Source: Gemmatimonadales bacterium (lineage in GTDB: Bacteria; Gemmatimonadota; Gemmatimonadetes; Gemmatimonadales; GWC2-71-9). From it: a DNA stretch of 50,249 nucleotides. The notes below the pieces were generated by a model, which worked only from the letters and a program-made list of their open reading frames with translations, searched no databases and was not told where the DNA came from. A program made the position numbers and the translations under genes. The DNA is taken from positions 1-50,249 of the forward strand of contig JBOHSJ010000288.1 in NCBI GenBank assembly GCA_050733035.1, written 5' to 3'. Shown here piece after piece: positions 30,156-39,601 of the stretch (positions are counted from its first letter, which is position 1; each line of letters starts with the position of its first letter).

Positions 30156-31230
30156 GATACGAATCCGTCAACTCGCGCATCAGGTCGGCACGCTTGTCGT
30201 ACAGGCGCCTCAGCGTACGGGGTTTGCGCCGGGCCAGCGCATACGCGGCCAGAATCGGGAAGGCCACGGTGTTGTCGAGATACGCCACGACTGTGCCGGG
30301 CAGCTTGTCCGGATCGACCTTCCCCCAGCTCACGGCCTCCGACGGCGTCGCGCCGGAAAGGCCGCCGGTGTCGGGCCGGGCATCCGTGAGTTGGAGATAG
30401 TAGTCGTGGCCCTTTTCGCTGATCCCCAGCACTTCCTGGATCTGCGGCTCGGTTTGCAGCACGAAATTCTTCGGGCTGCCGCCGCCGATGATCAGGACAC
30501 CGCTCTTGCCGCCGCTCACTTTCGCCGAGAAGACGATGGACGACGTCTCATTCACGTCGGCGCTGACGTCGAACCGCAATTTGCTCCCCGAGAGCGCCTG
30601 CTCGGCCACGTTCATCCCGATCGAGGAGTCGCCCGGCGACGACGTGTAGATCGGGACCGCCGCGGCGTGCGCGGCACCCAGCACCGATTTGCGTGAGAGA
30701 CCGAGCGCTTTTTCCCGCTCCAGCACGTAGCCACCGAGCAGATAGTGGTACTCCGCCGTACTCATGGGCCGCTGGAATTCTTCGCGGGCGGAGACTTCGC
30801 GCACGAAGCGATCGGTGGACAGCAGCACGTCGTAATCGAAGAAGATGTCATAGATCCGCACGACGCCTTCCTCGCGCAGCACGATGTCGTCCGCGAACGG
30901 CGTGCCGCGGTGCATCGCCATGCCCAATCCGAAGTGGGCGTCGTGGTAAAGATTTGCGCCGGTCGAGACCATCCAGTCGATGAACCCCGCCTCGATGAGC
31001 GGAATGATCGTGGACATGCCCAACCCCGCCGGCGTCATCGCACCGGTGAGACTCATCCCCACGGTCACGTCGTCTTCGAGCATCCGCTCGGCAAAGAGCC
31101 GGCATCCTTCACCAAGGCGGCCGGCGTTGTACGCGAGGAAGGCGTTATCGACGAGATCGGCGACCGTCTCTTTCCCGCTGACCGGTTGGGGATTGATGCG
31201 CTGTCCGCGCAGGAATTCGTTTTGCGTCAT
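30094..31230 (-). CDS. Deoxyhypusine synthase family protein (bacterial DHS-like / homospermidine-synthase-like)
   Basis: 378 aa. STGANLYHD and [10 protein letters not shown]. The catalytic-lysine block [10 protein letters not shown] matches the DEAVSWGK motif of deoxyhypusine synthases. Confidence 0.85.
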   Translation of the reverse strand: MTQNEFLRGQRINPQPVSGKETVADLVDNAFLAYNAGRLGEGCRLFAERMLEDDVTVGMSLTGAMTPAGLGMSTIIPLIEAGFIDWMVSTGANLYHDAHFGLGMAMHRGTPFADDIVLREEGVVRIYDIFFDYDVLLSTDRFVREVSAREEFQRPMSTAEYHYLLGGYVLEREKALGLSRKSVLGAAHAAAVPIYTSSPGDSSIGMNVAEQALSGSKLRFDVSADVNETSSIVFSAKVSGGKSGVLIIGGGSPKNFVLQTEPQIQEVLGISEKGHDYYLQLTDARPDTGGLSGATPSEAVSWGKVDPDKLPGTVVAYLDNTVAFPILAAYALARRKPRTLRRLYDKRADLMRELTDSYLEAKADRDARAEAATGGRAT

Positions 31231-32003
31231 CGGGTGGCCTGGGCGATTTGGCTCATCGCGCGGTAGGCGCGGGTGCGGCGCTCGCGAGCCTCCATGATCC
31301 AGCCGAGGGCTTCCTTCGGTTCGTCCGTCACCAGGAACAGGTTCAAGTCTTCAGGCGAGATCTTTCCCTCGCCGGCAACCCGCTCCTTGAGCCACTCGGC
31401 GAGCCCGTTCCAGTACTTGCGGCCGAAGAGGACGACGGGGAACTGCTTCACCTTGCCCGTCTGTACGAGGGTCAGCGCCTCGAACAGCTCGTCCATCGTG
31501 CCGTAGCCTCCGGGGAAGGTGATGAAGGCGGTCGAATACTTCACGAACATCGTCTTGCGCACGAAGAAGTAGCGGAAATTGATGGAGCGCTCCACCCACT
31601 GGTTCGTACCCTGCTCGAAGGGCAGCTCGATATTGCAGCCGATCGACAGGCCGCCGCCCTCCTTGGCGCCGCGGTTCGCCGCTTCCATGATACCGGGGCC
31701 GCCGCCGGTGATGATCGCGAATCCCTCCTTCGCGAGCATCCGCGAGGTCTCGCGCGCGGCGGCGTAGTAGGGATCGCTTTCCGGCGTGCGCGCCGAGCCG
31801 AAGACCGTCACTGCGTTGCGTACGTCGGACAACGTATCGAACCCTTCCACGAACTCTCCCATGATGCGCAGCACGCGCCACGGATCGGTGCTCGTGAAAG
31901 AGGCCCGCCGCTCCATCGGTACGACTTGCGGCGGGATGAGGAGTTGCTCGTCCTCAGTGAGCGGGCTGCGAGGCGAGGCGCTCGGTTGCTCTGACATGGT
32001 CAT
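31227..32003 (-). CDS. LOG family (TIGR00730-type Rossmann fold) protein, historically mis-annotated as lysine decarboxylase
   Basis: 258 aa. [22 protein letters not shown] and [12 protein letters not shown] motifs. Confidence 0.85.
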   Translation of the reverse strand: MTMSEQPSASPRSPLTEDEQLLIPPQVVPMERRASFTSTDPWRVLRIMGEFVEGFDTLSDVRNAVTVFGSARTPESDPYYAAARETSRMLAKEGFAIITGGGPGIMEAANRGAKEGGGLSIGCNIELPFEQGTNQWVERSINFRYFFVRKTMFVKYSTAFITFPGGYGTMDELFEALTLVQTGKVKQFPVVLFGRKYWNGLAEWLKERVAGEGKISPEDLNLFLVTDEPKEALGWIMEARERRTRAYRAMSQIAQATR

Positions 32004-33120
32004 CCTGCGTGTTATAGAAGAAGGGCGAGAACCGGACGTGCCCCGGCCGCGTATCGGCGATGACGCCGCCCGCCGCCAGGTGCCGCACGCTCGCCGCGGG
32101 ATCCGGCATGGGAATCATAACGATCGCTGAGCGTTGTTTCGGGTCGGGCTCGACCGTCGGCTTGAAGCCGGCCGCGCGCGCCGTCGCGATGAGGTCCTCC
32201 GTCAGCGCGGCGGTCACGTCGCGAATGGCGGGAACCCCGATCTCCTCGATGTATTCGAGACCGCCGAGCTGGGCGTACACCGCGGCGAGGGACGGCGTGC
32301 CGAGCTCGAACCGCCGCGCGTCATCGTGGAACGTCAGCGCGCGCGGGTCGAACGCGAACTGATCGCGCTGCCCGAACCAGCCCGAGATCTTCGGCTCGAG
32401 CCGGCGCGCGACCGCTTCACGGACGTACAGGAAGACAATCCCCGGGCCGCCGAGCAGCCACTTGAGGCCCCCGGCCACGAGCGCGTCGACCCCGGCATCC
32501 TGCACGTCAACGGGAATCTGGCCGACCGACTGGTACGCGTCGATCAAGCACAGCGCACCGTGCGCGTGCGCGGCCTCGGTCACGCGCTTGATGTCCTGAA
32601 TGGCCCCGCTCGTGAAGTACACGTGCGACGTCACGACGAGCGCCGTGCGATCGTCCACGGCACGCGCGATCGCCGCGACGGGCACAGTGATCCGGTCCGG
32701 ACTCTCCACGACGACGAGCTCGACGCCCTGCCTCGCTTTCGCGAGCCACTGATAGGCGACGGTCGGGAAATCGAGCGACGTGATGACGACTTTGGGACGG
32801 CGAGCGTAGTCGATCGACTCCGCCACCGCGCTGAGCGCGACGGAGATGCTCGGCGCGAGCGCGATGTCATTGGGCGCCGCGTTCACGATGCGTCCATAGC
32901 GCGCGCGCAGGTGCGTGAGCGCTTCCCACCACACGTCGTACCAGGCGGATGCGCCGCGACGCTGCCAGATATCGAGGAATTCGGCTACCTTGCGGCGAGA
33001 CCGCTCGCCCAGCGCTCCCAGCGAGCAGGTATTGAGGTAGACGCTCTCCTTGAAGATGGGGAACTCGCCGCGATATCTGGCGAGCCCGAGCGCGCGCGGT
33101 GTTGCGCTTGCGAGCGTCAT
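31954..33120 (-). CDS. Aminotransferase class V-fold PLP-dependent enzyme
   Basis: The start is trimmed to ATG 33120. YLNTCSLG, LIDAYQSVG and the candidate PLP-lysine region VAGGLKWLLGGPG. Confidence 0.8.
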   Translation of the reverse strand: MTLASATPRALGLARYRGEFPIFKESVYLNTCSLGALGERSRRKVAEFLDIWQRRGASAWYDVWWEALTHLRARYGRIVNAAPNDIALAPSISVALSAVAESIDYARRPKVVITSLDFPTVAYQWLAKARQGVELVVVESPDRITVPVAAIARAVDDRTALVVTSHVYFTSGAIQDIKRVTEAAHAHGALCLIDAYQSVGQIPVDVQDAGVDALVAGGLKWLLGGPGIVFLYVREAVARRLEPKISGWFGQRDQFAFDPRALTFHDDARRFELGTPSLAAVYAQLGGLEYIEEIGVPAIRDVTAALTEDLIATARAAGFKPTVEPDPKQRSAIVMIPMPDPAASVRHLAAGGVIADTRPGHVRFSPFFYNTQDDHVRATERLASQPAH

Positions 33121-33142
33121 AGGCCGGGAATATACAGAAGGA

Positions 33143-33409
33143 ATGCAGCGTATCGCGAGTTGGTCCGCATTGTATTTGCGATTAGCACTCAAGGCGCTGG
33201 TGCGTCCGCGACTCGCCGTCGATTTGTTGCGGCTCGCGTGGAGCTTCCGCGCCCGAGACTGGTACCGGCGGCCGCCGTTTCTGCCGCTTCCCCCGCGCGA
33301 CTACATGCAATGGCGCATGTTCACCGCCTACGGGGACGAGCAGACGATCCCGCCGGTGGACGACGTCGCCAACTTCGCGCGCTGGCGGCGCGAAACGATG
33401 GGACTATGA
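33143..33409 (+). CDS. Small hypothetical protein (88 aa)
   Basis: ATG 33143 is preceded by AGAAGGA. Its stop forms an ATGA overlap with the queG start. Coding-like codon usage. No family recognised. Confidence 0.5.
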   Translation: MQRIASWSALYLRLALKALVRPRLAVDLLRLAWSFRARDWYRRPPFLPLPPRDYMQWRMFTAYGDEQTIPPVDDVANFARWRRETMGL

Positions 33410-34323
33410 TCGAGATCAAGCGCCGCGCCACAGCGCTCGGCTTCTCGGCCACCGGCATCGCGCGGCTCGATCGCAACCCACACGCGACCGAGCTCGACCG
33501 CTGGCTCGCGGACGGGCACGCGGGCACGATGACGTACCTGAATCGCCAGGCGGAGAAGCGGAAGGATCCGCGCAAGATCATGCCGGGCGCGAAGTCAGCA
33601 GTGGTTACGCTCACGAACTACTTCCACGGGTGGGGTGCCCCGGGGCCTGGCCCCGGGGCTCACGACCCTGGACGAGTCGCTCAATACGCCTGGTCGCCCG
33701 ACTACCACGAGGTCCTCGGCACACGCCTCGCGCAGCTCGCCACCACAATCCGTGAACTGATCCCCGGCTCGACGACGCGCTGCTACGTCGATGCGGGACC
33801 CGTCCCGGAGCGCGAGCTCGCGCAGCTCGCGGGACTCGGATGGATCGGCAAGAACATGATGCTGATTCATCCCGAGATCGGATCGTTCACCTTCATCGGT
33901 GTCATCCTGACCGATGCGGACCTGGCTCCAGACCTGCCGTTCGAAGCGGATCGTTGCGGCACGTGCACTCGCTGCCTCGACGCGTGCCCCACGCACGCGT
34001 TCGACGGACCGCGCGATCTCGACGCGCGCGCGTGCATCTCGTATCTCACGATCGAACATCCCGGCGAGTTTACGGCGCAACAACGCGGGTACGTCGGCGA
34101 GTGGGTGTTCGGGTGCGACGTGTGCCAGGACGTGTGTCCCTGGAATGTCAGCTTCGCCCGGGAAACGGCCGATGCTGGCTTCGCCGTGCGCCCGGAGGTG
34201 GCAGCGCCCGACGTCCGTGCGCTCGCGACGATGGAGGAGGCCGAGTTCCAGCGGCGCTACGGTGATACGCCATTCACGCGGCCGGGCCTGAAGGGGATGC
34301 GTCGCAATGCCGTCCTCGGCTGA
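33406..34323 (+). CDS. queG: Epoxyqueuosine reductase
   Basis: The start is ATG 33406, inside the long ORF-track frame. Motifs MTYLNR, CGTCTRCLDACPT, CISYLTIE and GCDVCQDVCPWN (4Fe-4S clusters). Confidence 0.85.
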   Translation: MIEIKRRATALGFSATGIARLDRNPHATELDRWLADGHAGTMTYLNRQAEKRKDPRKIMPGAKSAVVTLTNYFHGWGAPGPGPGAHDPGRVAQYAWSPDYHEVLGTRLAQLATTIRELIPGSTTRCYVDAGPVPERELAQLAGLGWIGKNMMLIHPEIGSFTFIGVILTDADLAPDLPFEADRCGTCTRCLDACPTHAFDGPRDLDARACISYLTIEHPGEFTAQQRGYVGEWVFGCDVCQDVCPWNVSFARETADAGFAVRPEVAAPDVRALATMEEAEFQRRYGDTPFTRPGLKGMRRNAVLG

Positions 34324-34579
34324 AGCCATCACCGATCTGCAGCGGAGGCTCGCGGACGGCCTGGCGAGGATCGACCCGCACCACCGGCTGCTGGGCCGGC
34401 CCGTCACGTATCGGGTCATCGACGGCCGGACCCTCGAGGTCACCTATCGCGACGTCGCCGGCATCGCTGATGCCGAAGTCCTCGGCGTGAAGCGCATCAT
34501 CGGGCAAGACTGCTCGTGTAGCATCAGCCCGCAGACCGCCGAGCAACTCACCGTGAGATTCGTGATTCCGCTGAAGTAA
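34307..34579 (+). CDS. Small hypothetical protein (90 aa)
   Basis: ORF track, ATG start with a 17-nt overlap on the queG end. GC-rich third positions. No family recognised. Confidence 0.45.
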   Translation: MPSSAEAITDLQRRLADGLARIDPHHRLLGRPVTYRVIDGRTLEVTYRDVAGIADAEVLGVKRIIGQDCSCSISPQTAEQLTVRFVIPLK

Positions 34580-34643
34580 GTGGTTGACGGGACGCAGGAC
34601 GCGTGGTGAGGTTTCCCTTTCCCTCGATCGAACCGACACCATT

Positions 34644-37058
34644 ATGAGCCGCCTGACGCTCGTCTGTCTCGCCCTGTTGAGTAGCACACTTTCCGCCCAA
34701 ACCCCGTACCGGATACCGCCGCAAGTCATCGTCGATATCCTGGACACCCCGCCACTCCCTGCCGCGAGTGTTTCGCCCGACCGGCAATGGCTGCTGTTGC
34801 TCGAGCAGCGCAGCATGCCGACGATCGCCGAGCTGGCGCAGCCCATGCTGCGGCTCGCGGGGAGCCGGATCAATCCGCGCACCAGCGGCCCGCAGCTTCC
34901 CGGGGCGGTGACCGGCTTGCTGCTCAAGCGGATCGCCGACGGCAGCGAACGGCGGATCAACGTACCTGCGCCGGCCGCGTTGTCGTTCGTGGCATGGTCA
35001 CCGAACGGCCGCTTCGTCACGTTCGTCCAGACGCGCGATTCGGGTCTGGCGCTCTGGATCGCGGATGTCGGCAGCGGCCAGGCTCGCGCGCTCACCGGAC
35101 CGACGCTCAACGCCACCGACGGCGCCCCCTGCGAGTGGTTCCCCGACGGCGCGCGACTGCTGTGCCGTTTCGTCCCCGAGAATCGCGGGGCCGCGCCCGT
35201 CGCGCCCGCTGCGCCGATCGGGCCGACGACGCAGGACGCGACCGGCCGGGCGGCTCCCGCGGCAACGTTCCAGGATCTGCTCGACAATGCGCAGGACGAA
35301 GCGCTGTACACGCACTACTTCACCGCGCAGCTCGCGCTCGTCGATGCGACGAGCGGCCAGAGGTCTCCCCTCGGCAGCCCCGCGATCTTCGACGATGTCG
35401 ACGTGGCGCCGGGCGGCGAGTATGTCCTGATCGCGCGCACGCTGCGGCCCTACTCCTACCTCGTTCCGGCGGGGCGCTTTCCCAAGGAAATCGAGGTCTG
35501 GAATCTCCGCGGCGAAGTGGTGCGACGCATCGCGCAACAACCACTCGCGGAAAACATCCCGATCCGTGGCGTGCGCGTGGGGCCGCGCGGCGTGAACTGG
35601 CGGCCGGACGCGCCGGCTACGCTCGCCTGGGCCGAAGCGCTCGATGGGGGCGATCCAAAGTCCAAAGTCGCGCACCAGGATCGCGTGGTGACGCTCGCGG
35701 CGCCGTTCGCGGGCGAGCCCGTCGAGTTGATCAAGCTGGAAAAGCGTTATACGGCGCTGCAGTGGGATTCCGGCGGACGCGTGCTCGTGGTCGAATACGA
35801 CCGCGAGCGGCGCTGGGCGAAGACGTGGCTGGCTGATGTGGGACGCGCCGGCGCGGCGCCGCGCATCGTGTGGGATCGGAGCGCGGAGGACCGCTATGGC
35901 GACCCCGGCTTTCCGCTGACCCGGCCAACCGCCGCGGGCGATCAGGTTCTCCAGCGCAGCGGCGATTGGGCCTTTCTCACCGGCACCGGCGCGTCACCAC
36001 AGGGTGACCGGCCATTCTTCGATCGCTTCAACCTGCGCACGCTCAAATCCGAGCGCTTGTGGCGCGCGGACACGGTCCATTACGAGACGGTCGTCGCCCT
36101 CCTGGACGATGCCGGAACACGAATCATCACGCGGCGCGAATCACGCACCACGCCGCCGAACTATTTCGTGCGCGACGTGCGCCGTGGCGCGCTGCGGCCG
36201 CTCACCGCATTCAAGGACCCAGCACCGCAGCTTACCGGCATCCAGAAACGGTTGATCACCTACAGCCGAGCCGACGGCACGAATCTGTCAGGAACGTTGT
36301 ACCTGCCGCCGGGATACACGCCCGGCACCCGCTTGCCGCTCGTGATGTGGGCGTATCCCACCGAGTTCGCCTCGGCGGCGGCGGCCGGCCAGGTATTCGC
36401 CGCGCCCAACCGCTTCAATCTCATTCGTGGCCCGTCCCATCTGTTCTTCCTGACGCAGGGCTACGCGGTGCTGGACGATCCCAAGATGCCGATCATCGGC
36501 GGCGACACGGCGAACAACCATTATGTCGAGCAGCTCGTCGCGAGCGCGCGGGCGGCGGTGCAGGCGGTCGTGAATCTCGGCGTCGCGGATTCGAGTCGCA
36601 TCGGGATCGGCGGGCACAGCTACGGGGCCTTCATGACGGCCAACCTCCTGGCGCACTCGGACCTGTTTCGGGCCGGCATCGCGCGCAGTGGCGCGTATAA
36701 CCGGTCGCTGACGCCATTTGGCTTTCAGAACGAAGAGCGAACGTTCTGGGACGCGCGCACTGTGTACCTCGCGATGTCGCCGTTCGTCTCAGCCGACAGC
36801 ATCAACGAACCGATCCTGATGACGCATGGTGAGGCAGACAACAACTCCGGAACGTTTCCGATTCAATCGGAACGGCTGTTCGCGGCGATCAAGGGCATGG
36901 GGGGCACGGCCCGTCTCGTGATGCTGCCCAACGAGGCCCACGGCTACCTGGGACGGGAATCGGTGCTGCACACGCTCGCCGAGATGATCGACTGGTTCGA
37001 CCATTACGTGAAGAACGCGCCGCCCCGCTCGGGCAGGGTGACGTCGGACAGCCGCTGA
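34644..37058 (+). CDS. S9 family serine peptidase (prolyl oligopeptidase / acylaminoacyl-peptidase type), secreted
   Basis: The start is trimmed to ATG 34644 (signal MSRLTLVCLALLSSTLSAQ). N-terminal beta-propeller-like region. Catalytic GGHSYGAF, HGEADNN and EAHGY. Confidence 0.85.
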   Translation: MSRLTLVCLALLSSTLSAQTPYRIPPQVIVDILDTPPLPAASVSPDRQWLLLLEQRSMPTIAELAQPMLRLAGSRINPRTSGPQLPGAVTGLLLKRIADGSERRINVPAPAALSFVAWSPNGRFVTFVQTRDSGLALWIADVGSGQARALTGPTLNATDGAPCEWFPDGARLLCRFVPENRGAAPVAPAAPIGPTTQDATGRAAPAATFQDLLDNAQDEALYTHYFTAQLALVDATSGQRSPLGSPAIFDDVDVAPGGEYVLIARTLRPYSYLVPAGRFPKEIEVWNLRGEVVRRIAQQPLAENIPIRGVRVGPRGVNWRPDAPATLAWAEALDGGDPKSKVAHQDRVVTLAAPFAGEPVELIKLEKRYTALQWDSGGRVLVVEYDRERRWAKTWLADVGRAGAAPRIVWDRSAEDRYGDPGFPLTRPTAAGDQVLQRSGDWAFLTGTGASPQGDRPFFDRFNLRTLKSERLWRADTVHYETVVALLDDAGTRIITRRESRTTPPNYFVRDVRRGALRPLTAFKDPAPQLTGIQKRLITYSRADGTNLSGTLYLPPGYTPGTRLPLVMWAYPTEFASAAAAGQVFAAPNRFNLIRGPSHLFFLTQGYAVLDDPKMPIIGGDTANNHYVEQLVASARAAVQAVVNLGVADSSRIGIGGHSYGAFMTANLLAHSDLFRAGIARSGAYNRSLTPFGFQNEERTFWDARTVYLAMSPFVSADSINEPILMTHGEADNNSGTFPIQSERLFAAIKGMGGTARLVMLPNEAHGYLGRESVLHTLAEMIDWFDHYVKNAPPRSGRVTSDSR

Positions 37059-37061
37059 GGC

Positions 37062-38555
37062 CTACTTCGCCGCGACGCGCGAGACGACGTCGTAGTAGAA
37101 GCGCACCCCGAACCGCAGCGCCTCGATGCTGACGCGCTCGTCGTTGCCGTGGACGCCGCGTGAATCGCTCTGGGTGAGCGGGAACGGCCCGACGCCGTAG
37201 CTGGCGATCCCCATGCGGCGGAAGTAGTGGCTGTCGGTGAATCCGGCCAACATCACCGTCGTGACGAGCGCGTCGGGATGGCGCGCGTGCGCCACGGCGG
37301 TGATCGCCCGAAACATCTCCGTTTCGGTCGAGCTCTCCGTCGCGGGCCAATTCGGGCCCTGTGGCTTCAGCGTCACCGCGGTGTCACCGACCACGCGCAC
37401 GAGATCGGCGAGGACCGCCGCCGGGTCCTGACCGGGAAGCAATCTCACGTCGATGGCGGCCGTCGCGACCGGTGGAATGACGTTGGTCTTGTTGCTTCCC
37501 TTCAGGCCCGTGATGGAAATCGTGTTGCGCAGCAGCGCGTTGTAGGTGAGATCGCTGGTGATGGCGCGCACCGCCGCCGAGTCCCGCAGCGCGGCCCGGA
37601 TGTCGGCGAACCAGCGCCGCGCCATCGTATCGCGCTCGATCGACGCGAGATCGCGGAACGAGCGCTCGGCGGCGGGGGTCACGATCAGCGGCGTCCGGTA
37701 ATCGGCGAGCCGGTTGAGCGCCCGGATCAGGCGATGCACGGGATTGTCGGGCGACGGCCGCGATCCGTGGCCGGCGGTACCGCGCGCCGTCACGTCGAGC
37801 CAGAACGGCGACTTCTCGGTCGTCCCGACACCGTAAAACTCGACGCCTCCTTGCGGGGCAGCTCGGGCGCGCGTGAGCCCGCCTTCGTTCAGCAGAAACT
37901 CGGCGCCGCGTACCAAATCAGCCTGATGCTCGGCGATCCAGGCAGCCCCGACCCCGGCGCCGATCTCTTCGTCAGCGGTCGCCAGAAAGATGATGTCCCG
38001 CTTGAGCGGCACACGGGCGCGCTTCAGAATCAACATCGTCATGAGCTGCGCGATCCCCTCGCCCTTCATATCGAGCGCGCCCCGCCCCCAGACGTAGCCA
38101 TCCTTGATCACGCCGCTGAATGGATCGACGGTCCAGAACTCCGGCGACGCCAAAACGACGTCCATGTGGTTCAGCAGAATGATCGGCCGCGCGCTGCCGT
38201 CGCCGGCGAGGCGGGCATACAGATTGGCCTTGCCCGGCGCCGGCTCGAAGACCCGCGCTTCGATCCCTTCGCGCCGCAGCACTGCCGCGAGCCAGCGCGC
38301 GGCAGCGATCTCATTGCCCGGCGGGTTGGTCGTGTTGATGCGCAGGTACTGCGAGAGCAGCGCCGTCGCTTCGTCGCCGAGGGCCTTCCAGTCGCCTTCG
38401 ACCGGGGCCGCGATGAGGGAGACCCGGGCCGGCGTCTCCATGACCGGCGCGGACGACGGGCCGGCGAGTGGTGGCACCGGACGGCGGCTGGCGCATCCGG
38501 CCGCGAGTGCGACGACGGCAGCAAGCCTCCACCATCCTCCACGAACCTCCACCAT
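37062..38555 (-). CDS. M20 family metallopeptidase (carboxypeptidase/deacylase type), secreted or lipoprotein
   Basis: LNHMDVV, WGRGALDMKG, ATADEEIG and NEGG motifs. Signal RLAAVVALAAGC. The start region lies within a 10-bp tandem repeat, so the start is uncertain. Confidence 0.8.
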   Translation of the reverse strand: MVEVRGGWWRLAAVVALAAGCASRRPVPPLAGPSSAPVMETPARVSLIAAPVEGDWKALGDEATALLSQYLRINTTNPPGNEIAAARWLAAVLRREGIEARVFEPAPGKANLYARLAGDGSARPIILLNHMDVVLASPEFWTVDPFSGVIKDGYVWGRGALDMKGEGIAQLMTMLILKRARVPLKRDIIFLATADEEIGAGVGAAWIAEHQADLVRGAEFLLNEGGLTRARAAPQGGVEFYGVGTTEKSPFWLDVTARGTAGHGSRPSPDNPVHRLIRALNRLADYRTPLIVTPAAERSFRDLASIERDTMARRWFADIRAALRDSAAVRAITSDLTYNALLRNTISITGLKGSNKTNVIPPVATAAIDVRLLPGQDPAAVLADLVRVVGDTAVTLKPQGPNWPATESSTETEMFRAITAVAHARHPDALVTTVMLAGFTDSHYFRRMGIASYGVGPFPLTQSDSRGVHGNDERVSIEALRFGVRFYYDVVSRVAAK

Positions 38556-38570
38556 CCTCCACCATCCTCT
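38527..38570. repeat. Tandem 10-bp repeat CCTCCACCAT (minus strand ATGGTGGAGG): four units plus a partial one
   Basis: Units at 38527-36, 38537-46 (variant CCTCCACGAA), 38547-56 and 38557-66, with a partial unit at 38567-70. The repeat spans the M20 start codon and the 14-nt gap to the upstream MBL gene stop. Confidence 0.7.
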
Positions 38571-39568
38571 CAGAGAGTTAGCGTCTCGCCATGCGCAAGC
38601 TGCCGATATTCATCGCTGGGTAGTCCGGCAGCGAGCCACGCGGCGCGCGCGCGCGCAGGCGGTTCATCCATGGCCTCATCGGTGAGCTTGAATGTACCCC
38701 AGTGCATGGGCACCATCGCGCGGGCGTTCACCGCGCGAAAAGCCTCGACCGCTTCCTCGGGGTTCATGTGGAGATAACGCATGAACCAACGGGGCTCGTA
38801 GGCGCCGATCGGCAAAAGGGCCAGATCGAACGGTCCGTACCGCTTGCCGATCGCGCCGAACTCGGGATGGAAACCGGTGTCGCCCGCGAAATAGACCCGG
38901 CGGCCGTTCTCAGTGGCAAGCGCGAACCCGCACCACAGCGTGTCGCCGCGATCACCTATGCCACGGCTGCTGAAATGCATCGCCGGCGTGGCCGCAACGC
39001 GTAGCGATGCGACCTGGTGTTCCTGCCACCAGTCCAGCTCGGAGACGGCATCGGCTCGAACACCACGCTTGCGCACGAACGGCCCCAGGCCAAGCGGCAG
39101 CATCCAGGTTGCTTGCGGGTGCTGTTGTGCGAGCCGCCGCACCGTGGCGTCGTCGAGATGGTCGTAGTGATTGTGCGACTGCAGCACGAGGTCGAGCGGC
39201 GGCAGCTCTTCGAGCGCGATGCCCGGTGGCACCCAACGCCGCGGGCCGGCGAACTGGACCGGAGACGCGCGCTCGCTCCACATCGGGTCGGTGAGGATGT
39301 TCCGGCCAGCCAGCTGGATCAGCAGACTGGCGTGGCCTACCCAGGTCACCGTGAGCTGGGACGCCGAGGCGCGTGGGTTCACAAACGCGGGGCCCACGCG
39401 AGTGAAGACGGATGGATCGGGATCCTTCGGGCGCGGCCGCGTGGTGCGATGCACCAGCATCCACTTGAGGAGACTGCCGAACCCTGGGACGGCCTGGCTG
39501 ACCCAGGGATTACGAAAACCGCCGCCGGGGCGGTGGTGTGACGGCAGCGCGGAGGGCGGGAGCGGCAC
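38570..39568 (-). CDS. MBL-fold metallo-hydrolase (NAPE-PLD-like)
   Basis: 332 aa. VTWVGHASLLIQ, LTDPMWS and QSHNHYDHLD motifs. Confidence 0.8.
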   Translation of the reverse strand: MPLPPSALPSHHRPGGGFRNPWVSQAVPGFGSLLKWMLVHRTTRPRPKDPDPSVFTRVGPAFVNPRASASQLTVTWVGHASLLIQLAGRNILTDPMWSERASPVQFAGPRRWVPPGIALEELPPLDLVLQSHNHYDHLDDATVRRLAQQHPQATWMLPLGLGPFVRKRGVRADAVSELDWWQEHQVASLRVAATPAMHFSSRGIGDRGDTLWCGFALATENGRRVYFAGDTGFHPEFGAIGKRYGPFDLALLPIGAYEPRWFMRYLHMNPEEAVEAFRAVNARAMVPMHWGTFKLTDEAMDEPPARARAAWLAAGLPSDEYRQLAHGETLTL

Positions 39569-39601
39569 GGCGCAATATAGCCGCGCCCTGACGCCTGCGT
39601 C

